NCBI GenBank assembly: GCA_035517015.1
Contig: DATIZQ010000008.1
Location: 4,440 to 68,439 of the forward strand
Source: Candidatus Acidiferrum sp.
Lineage (GTDB): Bacteria; Acidobacteriota; Terriglobia; Acidiferrales; UBA7541
Direction: 5' to 3'
Length of the DNA: 64,000 bases
Positions 20,160 through 29,348 of the stretch are shown one piece after another. Below the pieces are notes generated by a model. It saw only the letters and a list, made by a program, of their open reading frames with translations, was not told the origin of the DNA and ran no database searches. The position numbers and the translations under genes were made by a program. Numbering within the stretch: position 1 is the first letter of the stretch; each line of letters starts with the position of its first letter.

Positions 20160-23100
20160 ATGAAAACTATCAGGGTCCTTAATTCGCGAGGGCCGCGCCG
20201 CGCGGACATTTTAGCGTTAGCGCCCGACTGGTCCAGGAATGCGCTTCGATTGGCTCTCTTCTGCGCGACGCTGTTCGCAGTTGCAATTCCCCTCGAAGCG
20301 GTGTCTTTGCGGAGTGTCCCCGATGGTTACACTCGACGTGTCTGGCAGACGGAGGATGGCCTGCCGGAGAACACCGTTCAGGCTTTTGCGCAAACTCCCG
20401 ATCACTATCTCTGGATCGGCACCAGCGGTGGCTTGGTCCGCTTCGACGGGGAACGGTTCGTAGTCTTCGACCGCGAAAATACCCCCGAAATCCACGACGA
20501 CAGCATTTTTTGCCTCACCGTTGCTCGCGACGGCACCCTCTGGGCTGGCACGGACGGTGGCGGCGTCTTCCGATACAAGGATGGCCTCTTCCATTCGTAT
20601 TCCAAGAGCGACGGACTGGCCAATGGTTTCGTTCGCTCGATCTATCAAGATAGTCGCGGCCGAGTATGGGTTGGAACCGATGCGGGGCTATTCCGCCTCG
20701 ATGGAGAACGCTTCACACGAATCGATGGTCAGGGAAAAGTTCCCGCGCTGGCAGTGCACGATATTCGAGAGGATCACGAAGGGCGCCTGTGGGTAGGCGG
20801 ATCGAAACTCTTAATGCTCGACGGCGACGACTGCCGTGAGTTTCTGTTGAGCGGAGGACGAAGCGCCAGTCGAGTGAAGTCGATTTTTGAAACTTCCGAC
20901 GGAACACTCTGGGTTGGAACAGTTTCCGGCCTGGATCGAATGGCGCCTTCGCACTCGTTCGAAAGCCGGCAATTCGAAGAAGTTCCCGAAATCACCAGCA
21001 CCGTGCGAATCCTGCGCGAGGATCGCGACGGGACACTTTGGATCGGAAGCATCGGCGCAGGATTGATTCGGTATCGCGACGGCCGCTTCACGCGCGTGAC
21101 GACACCTGAGGATCCACCCAGCAGCACCATCCTCTCGGTCTTCGAGGATTCTGAGCAAAACATCTGGGTAGGCTTGCAGACCGGACTGCTCCGTCTCAGC
21201 CGCACGGCGATGAGCACGTTCCCTCTCCCCGGCGCGCAAAACGCGGATTTCGGCACGGTGTACCCCGATCGGGATGGATCGCTCTGGGTGGCGAGCACCC
21301 ATCTCTATCGGATCGGGCCGAAACGCACTTCCTCGCAATTGGTTCCCGATCCCGGACCCGGGATCCGTGTCCGGAGTGTCTTCCGCGACAGCAGGGGCGA
21401 TTGGTGGATCGGCACCGAAGGCCACGGAGTGTTCTTGACCCGGGGATCGCGCCGTTTTCATTTCACCAAACGCAACGGGCTCGTGAACGATTTCGTGCGC
21501 GCCTTTCTCGAGGGCCGCGACCATAGCGTTTGGATCGGTACGGATGAAGGAGTCAGCCGCTGGCATGACGGCATACTGACCAGTTACCGGGAGAGCGATG
21601 GGCTGGCTTATTTCAGCGTTCGCACGATCTCCCAGGACAGCCACAATGACATTTGGATCGGGACCGAACAAGGTGTCACACACTGGCATGAGGGCCGTTT
21701 CGTCAGCGATGAAGTGACGCAAACGCTTCGAGACGAGAAGGTGTGGACCATCCACGAAGATCGCGACAGTGGACTGTGGTTCGGAACCCGCGGAAACGGC
21801 CTGTTTCGCTGGCGCGACAGCAAAATGACGCACTTCACGACGGAGCAAGGTCTTGCGAGCAACAGCATCTATCAGATATTGGAAGACCCCCGCGGCACCT
21901 TCTGGATGAGCGGCCCGGACGGGATTTCGTCGGTCACTCGCCACGACCTCGATCAATTCGCGAATGATTCGAGGTTTCGTCCGGCGGTGACGCTGTATGG
22001 TCTGTCGGACGGCGTCGAGGCGACCCAGATGCATGGCGGCGTTCAGCCGGCCGGATGCCTCACGCCGAACGGCGAAGTCTGGTTTCCCAGCAATCGCGGC
22101 CCGGTGCGGATTGTGCCGGACCAGACGCGCCCAGGCAGTCTACCTCAGGTGGCGGTCGAGCGGGTTCTAGTCGATGGTCGCGAAGCTCCCACGACGGGCC
22201 GATTGATTGTTCCGCCTGGCGAAGGAAAACTGCAGATCGATTATGCCGCCATTCGATTGCGCTCGCAGGAGCGGATCCGGTTCCGCTATCGCTTGATCCC
22301 ATTCGATCATCAGTGGATTGAGGCGCTCCGGAATCGCGTCGCTTATTACACCAATCTTCCGCCGGGTGAATATGAGTTTCAGGTGCAGGCATTCGAGATG
22401 AACATGCCGGACAACGTGACGGAGGCTTCGCTCGGAATCGAGTGGCGCCCCCACGTTTATCGCACCGCCTGGTTTCTGGCGCTGTGCGTGGCCGCCGTCA
22501 TCGGACTGTTCTTTTTCGCGTACCGTTCGCGGCTTGGGCAGGTTCATAAGAGATTCGAGGCTGTGCTCGAGGAGAGAAATCGCATCGCGCGTGAAATGCA
22601 TGACACGGTCATCCAGGGCTGCGCGAGCGCTTCCGCCCTTCTGGAGGCCGTTGTATCGCTCGAGCGGGACGAGGCGGGAGAGAAGCGGCAATTGCTCGAT
22701 TCGGCGCGTGACCAGGTCAGAGCCACGGTCGACGAAGCTCGCGCCGCCGTGTGGAATCTCCGCAGAAAAGAGGAAACCGCTCCGGAGATCGGCTCGATGC
22801 TCGAACAAATCTCCCGCCAGGTGAGCCACCTCTCTCACGTGCCGGTTCAGTTCGAAACCTCAGGGAAATCAGTTCCGCTTGATGGCGTCGTCGAGCATGT
22901 TGTACTGATGGTCGCGCGCGAGGCTGTCTACAATGCCGTGCGTCACGGCCAGCCCGGCCAGGTGTCCATCAAGGTCCGTTTCGAGCCGCTTTCCATGACC
23001 TTGGAGGTGGTGGACGACGGGTGCGGCTTTGATCCGGTGGAGGTGGCGGCAGTGGATGACACACACTTCGGGCTGGTGGGAATGAGGGAGCGAGTTGAAA

Positions 23101-23207
23101 GTCTCGGCGGCCGGTTCGGAGTTCGAAGCGCTCCTGGACAGGGAACGCGTGTCTCCGTTGAGGTGCCCATCCGGCCCGTTGTGGCCGAGAGACGAGTAGC
23201 GGTGTAG
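20160..23207 (+). CDS. Sensor histidine kinase with a periplasmic two-component-regulator propeller repeats + Y_Y_Y domain, and HisKA_3/HATPase
   Basis: Many W(I/V)GT..GL propeller repeats, Y_Y_Y signature IRFRYRLIPFDHQW...YYTNLPPGEYEFQV, one TM, H-box RIAREMHDTVIQ and an HATPase C-terminus. The ATG at 20160 is preferred over the TTG at 20133. Confidence 0.85.
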   Translation: MKTIRVLNSRGPRRADILALAPDWSRNALRLALFCATLFAVAIPLEAVSLRSVPDGYTRRVWQTEDGLPENTVQAFAQTPDHYLWIGTSGGLVRFDGERFVVFDRENTPEIHDDSIFCLTVARDGTLWAGTDGGGVFRYKDGLFHSYSKSDGLANGFVRSIYQDSRGRVWVGTDAGLFRLDGERFTRIDGQGKVPALAVHDIREDHEGRLWVGGSKLLMLDGDDCREFLLSGGRSASRVKSIFETSDGTLWVGTVSGLDRMAPSHSFESRQFEEVPEITSTVRILREDRDGTLWIGSIGAGLIRYRDGRFTRVTTPEDPPSSTILSVFEDSEQNIWVGLQTGLLRLSRTAMSTFPLPGAQNADFGTVYPDRDGSLWVASTHLYRIGPKRTSSQLVPDPGPGIRVRSVFRDSRGDWWIGTEGHGVFLTRGSRRFHFTKRNGLVNDFVRAFLEGRDHSVWIGTDEGVSRWHDGILTSYRESDGLAYFSVRTISQDSHNDIWIGTEQGVTHWHEGRFVSDEVTQTLRDEKVWTIHEDRDSGLWFGTRGNGLFRWRDSKMTHFTTEQGLASNSIYQILEDPRGTFWMSGPDGISSVTRHDLDQFANDSRFRPAVTLYGLSDGVEATQMHGGVQPAGCLTPNGEVWFPSNRGPVRIVPDQTRPGSLPQVAVERVLVDGREAPTTGRLIVPPGEGKLQIDYAAIRLRSQERIRFRYRLIPFDHQWIEALRNRVAYYTNLPPGEYEFQVQAFEMNMPDNVTEASLGIEWRPHVYRTAWFLALCVAAVIGLFFFAYRSRLGQVHKRFEAVLEERNRIAREMHDTVIQGCASASALLEAVVSLERDEAGEKRQLLDSARDQVRATVDEARAAVWNLRRKEETAPEIGSMLEQISRQVSHLSHVPVQFETSGKSVPLDGVVEHVVLMVAREAVYNAVRHGQPGQVSIKVRFEPLSMTLEVVDDGCGFDPVEVAAVDDTHFGLVGMRERVESLGGRFGVRSAPGQGTRVSVEVPIRPVVAERRVAV

Positions 23208-23212
23208 AAACG

Positions 23213-23842
23213 ATGCAAACGGTCACGAAGACAAGCGTTCTGGTCGTCGACGATCACCCGATCATGCGGCTGGGTGTCGCTGCTATCATCAATGCGCAGC
23301 ACGACATGAAGGTTTGTGCGCAAGCAGGGACGGGCGAGCAGGCAGTGGAGATGTTCAAGAAGCTCAAGCCCGACATCACCTTGATGGACCTGCGGCTCCC
23401 CGGCATGAGCGGCCTCGAGGCCCTTCGCGTGATTCGCCGCATCGACCCTCATGCGCGGAGCATCGTCCTCACCACGTATGAAGGTGACGAGGACATCCAT
23501 CAGGCGATTGCGGCGGGTGCGCTCGGGTACATCATCAAGGGCATGTCTCATGAGACGCTCGTGGACGCGCTGCGCAAGGTCCGCTCGGGAATGCGGTTTC
23601 TGCCGTCGCCGATTGTTCGGAGCCTCGCCGACCGCACGCCCAACTCGGACCTGAGCCCACGCGAGCGCGAAGTGCTGTCGTTGATGGTGCAGGGCAAGGC
23701 AAATAAGGAAATCGCTAGCGCTTTGGGAATCACGGAAGCCACCGTGAAGTGCCACGTCAGCGTGATCCTGCTTCGGCTCGGTGTGAATGACCGCACTCAG
23801 GCGGTCGTCGCGGCATTGCATCGCGGGCTCGAGCACTTGTAA
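23213..23842 (+). CDS. NarL/LuxR-family response regulator
   Basis: Receiver domain (VLVVDDHP ... DLRLPGMSG) plus a C-terminal LuxR HTH (LSPREREVLSLMVQGKANKEIA). It lies 6 nt after the kinase gene. Confidence 0.9.
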   Translation: MQTVTKTSVLVVDDHPIMRLGVAAIINAQHDMKVCAQAGTGEQAVEMFKKLKPDITLMDLRLPGMSGLEALRVIRRIDPHARSIVLTTYEGDEDIHQAIAAGALGYIIKGMSHETLVDALRKVRSGMRFLPSPIVRSLADRTPNSDLSPREREVLSLMVQGKANKEIASALGITEATVKCHVSVILLRLGVNDRTQAVVAALHRGLEHL

Positions 23843-23862
23843 GTCCCGGCCCGTGCCGGGGC
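23843..23862 (+). terminator. Weak GC hairpin after the response regulator gene
   Basis: GTCCCGGC-CCGT-GCCGGGGC lies immediately after the stop. No U-tract follows, so terminator function is uncertain. Confidence 0.3.
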
Positions 23863-23963
23863 AATGGCGCTCGGACTTGCTCCTCAATCCGACCTTAGGC
23901 TGATTCCCCTGGCCCTTCCTACAGATAGATTGTCGTGGGAGTTTGTGTCTCTCAGGCCGAGTC

Positions 23964-26426
23964 ATGAAATTGCATGTGGTTTATAGCGTCTTGGCGTCGC
24001 TGGCGCTGCTAGGCGTTAGTGTGGCACATTCGGGCACGGCTCCCAGTTCATCGTCCCCCGACGTTGCGATTCGCGCGACCAAGGCACCTTCTCCACCGAG
24101 CCCGATCTCTTTCACCGCCGGCGGCCGCTCGCCCAAAGGCGAAGTGCTCTCCGTCAACAGCCGCTACCTCGTGCGCGACGGCGTGCCATGGTTTCCGGTG
24201 ATGGGCGAGTTTCAATACTCGCGCTATCCCGAGAGTGAATGGGAAAACGAAATTCTGAAAATGAAGGCCGGTGGAATTCAAATCATCTCGACCTATGTTT
24301 TCTGGATTCATCACGAGGAAATCGAAGGGCAGTTCGATTGGGCGGGCCGGCGCAACCTGCGGCGATTCGTCGAGCTTTGCGCGAAGCACAGGCTCTACGT
24401 TTGGGCGAGAATCGGCCCGTGGGATCACGGGGAATGCCGCAACGGGGGCTTTCCGGACTGGCTGATCAAACGTTGCCCGACGCGGGAGATCAACGCGACC
24501 TACCTCGGCTACGTGAAGCGCTTTTATGGGCAAATCGGACTCCAACTGAAGGGATTGTTTTGGAAGGATGGCGGTCCAATCATAGGTGTTCAGCTCGAAA
24601 ACGAATACAGCGCGCGCGGTCCGGGCAAGGGCGCCGAATACATTCTGGCTCTCCGGCGTCTCGCGCGCGAAGCGGGCATCGACGCGCCCTTTTATACGAT
24701 CACGGGATGGGACGACGCTGTAGTTCCTTCCACCGGCGTACTTCCCGTGTTCGGCGGCTATCCTGACGCGTTCTGGAGCCGCAGCCTTACCGCGCTGCCG
24801 CCGAACGCCAATTATTTCTTCACTCGAATCCGCTGTGATGAAGACGTGATGGACGATCTGCGCTCGAAGCGGCCGGACATCGATGCCCTCGATTCGCACT
24901 ATCCCTACCTGACCGCGGAAATGGGCGGCGGAATGGAGCTCTCCTATCACCGCCGGCCTCTGATAACCGCAGACGACATCGCCGCGATGGAGTTGGCAAA
25001 GCTGGGCTCGGGGGTCTCGCTGTACGGGTACTACATGTTTCACGGAGGAACAAACCCCGACGGCAAGCTTACGACCTTGCAGGAATCGCAGGCCACCGGC
25101 TATATAAACGATTCGCCCGTGAAATCGTATGATTTTCAAGCCCCGCTCGGCGAGTTCGGTCAGATGCACGACTCCTTTCGAAATCTGAAAATCTTCCACC
25201 TGTTTCTCAGTGACTTTGGCAGCAGTCTGGCGCCCATGACTCCTTACTTTCCGGGCAAAATGCCGGCCGCGAAAAGCGATACGGAAACGACGCGAGTGGC
25301 GGCGAGACTCGAAGGAGATCATGGCTTTCTCTTTATCAACAATTACCAGCGACTCTATCCGCTGCCGGAGCGGAAGCAGTTCCGCGTCCGGCTGGAAATG
25401 CCGCCGGGCACGATGGAAGTGCCGCAAAATCCCGTTGATATTCCGAGCGGCGCGTACATGATCTGGCCCGTGAATCTCAATCTGGGCCCGGCGGTGCTGC
25501 GCTACGCGACGGCTCAGCTTTTGGGTCAACTGAGCGAGCCGAGAACATTCCTGTTCTTCGCGTGGCCAGGCGTGTCGCCGGAATTTGCAGTGGAAGAGAA
25601 GGACGGCAGCTCGGTGGAGGCTCCGCGCGCACGCGTGCGGCGTGAAGGAGGTGTGATCTACGTCGATGGAATCGAGCCGGGATCTGGTTTGGCATTCCAG
25701 ATTCGGGACCGTTCGGGAACGAGGACCCAGATCGTGGTGCTGTCGCGCGAGCAGGCGTTGAATGTATGGAAAGCCAAGTTGGCAGGCCGCGAACGCTTCA
25801 TCCTGTCCCCGGCTGAGTTGTTCTTTGAAGGCGACCGCATCCATATGCGCGCGAGCGATCCTTCGTCGCTGAGGGCTTCGTTTTTCCCTGCGTGGCAGGA
25901 ACCGCCCAAGGGCTTCGCGGATGCAGGCAGCGACGGCGTCTTCCACCAGTATGCGGCGACGGTATCGAATGCCGGGGACGTCAGCGCCAAGGTGGAGGAG
26001 GCGCAACCGGGAGACGATCCGCCGCCCGCGACGATCGGCAATGGCGTGCCCATGGCACCGGACGAGTCGGCCTTTGACAAGGCCGCGCGGTGGACAATCC
26101 ATGTCCCGCACATTGATGCGAGCGACGTTCACGAGATATTTCTCAGGATTCGATATGAGGGTGACATCGCGCGGCTCTATGCGGGCGGGCATCTGTTCAC
26201 CGATAATTTTTATAACGGGTCCGCGTGGGAAATCGGGCTCGGCCAAATTCCGCGGGAAGAACTCGATCGCGGATTGGAACTCAGAGTTTTGCCCATGCGC
26301 AGCGACACCACGATTTATTTGCCTCTTGGGGCGCGGCCGGCGTTCCCGGCGGGCGGCGAGATTGCGAAATTGGACGAAGTCCGAATCATTCCGGAATATG
26401 AAGTGGTGAGGGATTTAGGCAAATGA
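23964..26426 (+). CDS. Glycoside hydrolase family 35 beta-galactosidase (secreted)
   Basis: Signal peptide MKLHVVYSVLASLALLGVSVAHS. GH35 blocks are present: FPVMGEFQYSRYP, RIGPW...GG(F)PDWL and GVQLENEYS. Confidence 0.85.
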   Translation: MKLHVVYSVLASLALLGVSVAHSGTAPSSSSPDVAIRATKAPSPPSPISFTAGGRSPKGEVLSVNSRYLVRDGVPWFPVMGEFQYSRYPESEWENEILKMKAGGIQIISTYVFWIHHEEIEGQFDWAGRRNLRRFVELCAKHRLYVWARIGPWDHGECRNGGFPDWLIKRCPTREINATYLGYVKRFYGQIGLQLKGLFWKDGGPIIGVQLENEYSARGPGKGAEYILALRRLAREAGIDAPFYTITGWDDAVVPSTGVLPVFGGYPDAFWSRSLTALPPNANYFFTRIRCDEDVMDDLRSKRPDIDALDSHYPYLTAEMGGGMELSYHRRPLITADDIAAMELAKLGSGVSLYGYYMFHGGTNPDGKLTTLQESQATGYINDSPVKSYDFQAPLGEFGQMHDSFRNLKIFHLFLSDFGSSLAPMTPYFPGKMPAAKSDTETTRVAARLEGDHGFLFINNYQRLYPLPERKQFRVRLEMPPGTMEVPQNPVDIPSGAYMIWPVNLNLGPAVLRYATAQLLGQLSEPRTFLFFAWPGVSPEFAVEEKDGSSVEAPRARVRREGGVIYVDGIEPGSGLAFQIRDRSGTRTQIVVLSREQALNVWKAKLAGRERFILSPAELFFEGDRIHMRASDPSSLRASFFPAWQEPPKGFADAGSDGVFHQYAATVSNAGDVSAKVEEAQPGDDPPPATIGNGVPMAPDESAFDKAARWTIHVPHIDASDVHEIFLRIRYEGDIARLYAGGHLFTDNFYNGSAWEIGLGQIPREELDRGLELRVLPMRSDTTIYLPLGARPAFPAGGEIAKLDEVRIIPEYEVVRDLGK

Positions 26427-27484
26427 GCGACTCCAAATGGATGTTTACGCGAGCGGCTGAACTTTTCGTTCTCCTGCTCCTTGTCGCAGGGGCGGTTGTG
26501 CGTGCCTCTGAGAACAGCTACGCGGTGGGGGCGGACGTTTCGTTCCTGAAAGCGGCGGAAGACGGTGGAAAAGTGTTCCGCGACGAGGGCCAGGCGAAGC
26601 CGGGGCTCGAGCTCCTGAAGGACCACGGATACAACTGGGTTCGGCTGCGGATTTTCAACGCGCCGAAAGAGCTCCCGAATAACTTGCAGTACACGATCGC
26701 TCTCGCGCAGGCGGCGAAGAAGCTGGGATTCCACTTCCTGCTGGATTTTCACTACTCGGATACGTGGGCCGATCCCGGCAAGCAGTTCACGCCGGTGGCG
26801 TGGCAGGCGATGTCGCACGCGCAACTGGTGCAGGCGGTATTCGAATACACGCGGGACACGATTGCGTCGATGCGCACGGCCGGCGTGCTTCCGGACATGG
26901 TGCAGGTCGGCAACGAAATTACGAACGGCATGCTTTGGCCGGACGGCAAGCTGCCGGCGAACTGGGACAACTTTGCGGAACTGGTGAAGGCGGGCATCGC
27001 CGGCGTGCGGGTGGGCGCCGGAGATCAGCCGTGCCCGCGCATCATGATTCATATCGACCGAGGCGGCGACAAGGTTCGCACGAAGGAGTTTTTCGACAAG
27101 CTCAATTCGTACGGCGTCGAATATGACGTGATCGGACAATCGTATTATCCCTGGTGGCACGGCAGTCTCAACGATCTGCGCGACAACATGGTTTTCATGG
27201 CGCTCGAATACAAGAAGGACATCATCGTGGTGGAGGCCGCATATAACTGGAGACCTACGGTGTACACCAAGAAGCCGGGGCCATTCCCTGAGACGCCCGC
27301 CGGGCAAGCGGAATTTCTGGACGAGGTGAACCGCGTGGTGCAGGAGACTCCCAATGGATTGGGGAGGGGCGTGTTCTGGTGGGAGCCGGCAGTGACCGGC
27401 CCACTCGTCTCGCGGGGATTCTTCGACGAGAACGGCAACGCCCTGCCCGTGGTCGACGTCTTCGACAAGTACACGCGGCGCTGA
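26423..27484 (+). CDS. GH53 arabinogalactan endo-beta-1,4-galactanase
   Basis: ATGA overlap with the GH35 stop. It has a signal peptide, YNWVRLRIF, the acid/base block VQVGNEITNG, the nucleophile block IIVVEAAY and QSYYPWWHG. Confidence 0.85.
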   Translation: MSDSKWMFTRAAELFVLLLLVAGAVVRASENSYAVGADVSFLKAAEDGGKVFRDEGQAKPGLELLKDHGYNWVRLRIFNAPKELPNNLQYTIALAQAAKKLGFHFLLDFHYSDTWADPGKQFTPVAWQAMSHAQLVQAVFEYTRDTIASMRTAGVLPDMVQVGNEITNGMLWPDGKLPANWDNFAELVKAGIAGVRVGAGDQPCPRIMIHIDRGGDKVRTKEFFDKLNSYGVEYDVIGQSYYPWWHGSLNDLRDNMVFMALEYKKDIIVVEAAYNWRPTVYTKKPGPFPETPAGQAEFLDEVNRVVQETPNGLGRGVFWWEPAVTGPLVSRGFFDENGNALPVVDVFDKYTRR

Positions 27485-27536
27485 GGGGTTCGCACGCGAT
27501 GTAGCGCGCGGGCCGGAAGACACCTGAATACACCGC

Positions 27537-28748
27537 TCATGGCTGTTCCGGCGTATCGGGAATCTGTTCGTGACTCACGGGAGGGCGCTTGTTCATCTCC
27601 CGGTATATGATCTGGAGCCGGTCCTTGGCCTGCTTGATCTCCTGAAACAGTTTCATTTCCTTCGCGGATTCCTGGGGCATCTGCATCTTGCGGTATAGCG
27701 TGCCGAGGCGGTAGTGCGCTTCGCCATTGAGGGGATCGGTTTCGACAGCCATGCGAAGGTACTTCAACGCTTCCTCGTTCTTGCCCTGAGCCATCAGAAA
27801 GTGAGCAAGGCCCACCTGCGCGTCCACATCGGAAGGATTCAGAGCAAAGGCTCGCTGGTAGTGTTCAAAGGCCGCTTGCTGATTGTCGCGGCGGAGAGCG
27901 ATCCGCGCGAGTTCACATTCGATCCTGGAGCTGTCGCCTTCCTCCTTGATCGCGGTCTGCAGCTCATTTTCGGCCTCCGCTTGCGTGGGGGGATCGGACG
28001 GCAACGACTGGAAAATCGCTTCCGCCAATTCGTAGTGGGCACCCGGCAGATGAGGATCCATCTGCAAGCATTTCTTGTAGTGCTCGATGGCGTGCGGAAG
28101 GTCGCCCAAGTTCACCAAGTGCTCGGCAATCACCTGCTGCATGCGAGCGGAACCGGGCGCGATGATCGCGAGCTTGTTCAGCGTCTCATCGGCGAGTTCG
28201 TTGTAGACGAGCTGTGCGAAATACAAGATGTCGACGTTGTCCGGATTCAAATCGACGAGAGATTGCGCCGTGGCGGCGGCGTGCTCGAGGTCGCCGTTTT
28301 GAAAGTAGAGTGTGGCGAGCTCCATGCCGACGCGCACGCGAAGGTTCTTGTCCGTCAGTTTCGGAAACGAGCTTGCGAGGAGGCTTTCCGCATCGGCATG
28401 GCCCAGCCGCTTCTCGCAGATCCCGAGCATGGCTTTCGCTTTGAGAAGCGACGCGTCGCCGGCGAGGGCCGCGCGAAAATCGTCCGTCGCGCTCTTGCAA
28501 TCGCCCCAGACCAGATGGATGGCGCCGCGGTTCGAATGGGCTTCGGCATTTTTCGGGTCGAGAGCGAGAATCGCATCGAACTCCTCCAGCGCCGACTGGG
28601 GATCGTTCCGTTTTAAGTCTTCGGAAGCTTGCCGGAAATGATCCTGGATCAGCGAAGAGCGGGAACTCCCGGACTGCGCAGCGAAGGTTCCGGGCGATGA
28701 GGTGAGTACCAGGACCAGGGCCAGAACAGATGTCGATATGAGTTTCAT
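27537..28748 (-). CDS. Secreted tetratricopeptide (TPR) repeat protein
   Basis: Signal peptide MKLISTSVLALVLVLTSSPGTFA followed by repeated A..Y/F..AL..(D/N)P TPR units. Confidence 0.8.
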   Translation of the reverse strand: MKLISTSVLALVLVLTSSPGTFAAQSGSSRSSLIQDHFRQASEDLKRNDPQSALEEFDAILALDPKNAEAHSNRGAIHLVWGDCKSATDDFRAALAGDASLLKAKAMLGICEKRLGHADAESLLASSFPKLTDKNLRVRVGMELATLYFQNGDLEHAAATAQSLVDLNPDNVDILYFAQLVYNELADETLNKLAIIAPGSARMQQVIAEHLVNLGDLPHAIEHYKKCLQMDPHLPGAHYELAEAIFQSLPSDPPTQAEAENELQTAIKEEGDSSRIECELARIALRRDNQQAAFEHYQRAFALNPSDVDAQVGLAHFLMAQGKNEEALKYLRMAVETDPLNGEAHYRLGTLYRKMQMPQESAKEMKLFQEIKQAKDRLQIIYREMNKRPPVSHEQIPDTPEQP

Positions 28749-28955
28749 TTTGGGAATTGAAGACGACGAAAGTCGATTTTTTGGCGATTAGAAGGGATCG
28801 CCGTCCTTTGTTTCCAACAACTTAGGTGCGGTTCTAATATTCGAATTTGGCGATTAGGATTTGCCACAGAGACACAGAGACGCAGAGCCAAGGAGGCAAG
28901 AAAGGGCCGAACCGGCGGGCTTGGAAGGCTGGCGGCTGACCGGTCGCGGGCCCGG

Positions 28956-29041
28956 AAAGTGTACCGATTGAAATTTTTCATGTTATTGAATTGCAAGGAG
29001 TTGCGGCGATTTCCGTTTGCAAAGTGTACCGATTGAATTTT
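28956..29041. repeat. Pair of about 21-bp direct repeats, AAAGTGTACCGATTGAA(A)TTTT, in a 600-bp non-coding gap
   Basis: Copies are at 28956-28977 and 29021-29041, with starts 65 bp apart. A CACAGAGA microrepeat lies nearby at 28865-28887. Confidence 0.7.
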
Positions 29042-29305
29042 GGGCGAAGCGAAGACGGCCGTGCCCGGAGGGAAAGAGGAGGCAGGGAATGGCCCGCCTA
29101 CGGACAGGGGCGTCCGCGTTGACTGCGTCCTGCTACCGGTCGTCAATTTCTTCATCATCGCATCCGGGCCACGGTAGCAGAGCTTTGCGAAAATTAGCAA
29201 CGAAATAACATCGAACGGGGATTTTGAGGGGGCGAACGGCGAGGGTGAAAGGCGAGCGGGGCGGGTTTCGTCGCCACAGCGACTGGTTCGCCGTAAGTGG
29301 TGGGT

Positions 29306-29335
29306 GCGGGAGCCGGGGGTGGAGTCGGCTCCCGC
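29306..29335 (-). terminator. GC-rich hairpin just downstream of the TonB-dependent receptor gene
   Basis: GCGGGAGCCG-10 nt loop-CGGCTCCCGC (10-bp perfect stem), 13 nt after the stop at 29349. There is no clear U-tract. Confidence 0.4.
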
Positions 29336-29348
29336 AGGGGTGAATACG

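Noticed and set aside
20811-22034. 407-aa minus-strand ORF
   Set aside because: It is antisense to the propeller sensor kinase and is a shadow ORF.
24048-26246. 732-aa ORF on the minus strand
   Set aside because: It is fully antisense to the GH35 gene, which has clear family motifs. It is Arg/Ala-rich with no motifs, a typical shadow ORF in high-GC DNA.
26315-27523. 402-aa minus-strand ORF
   Set aside because: It is antisense to the GH53 galactanase gene.
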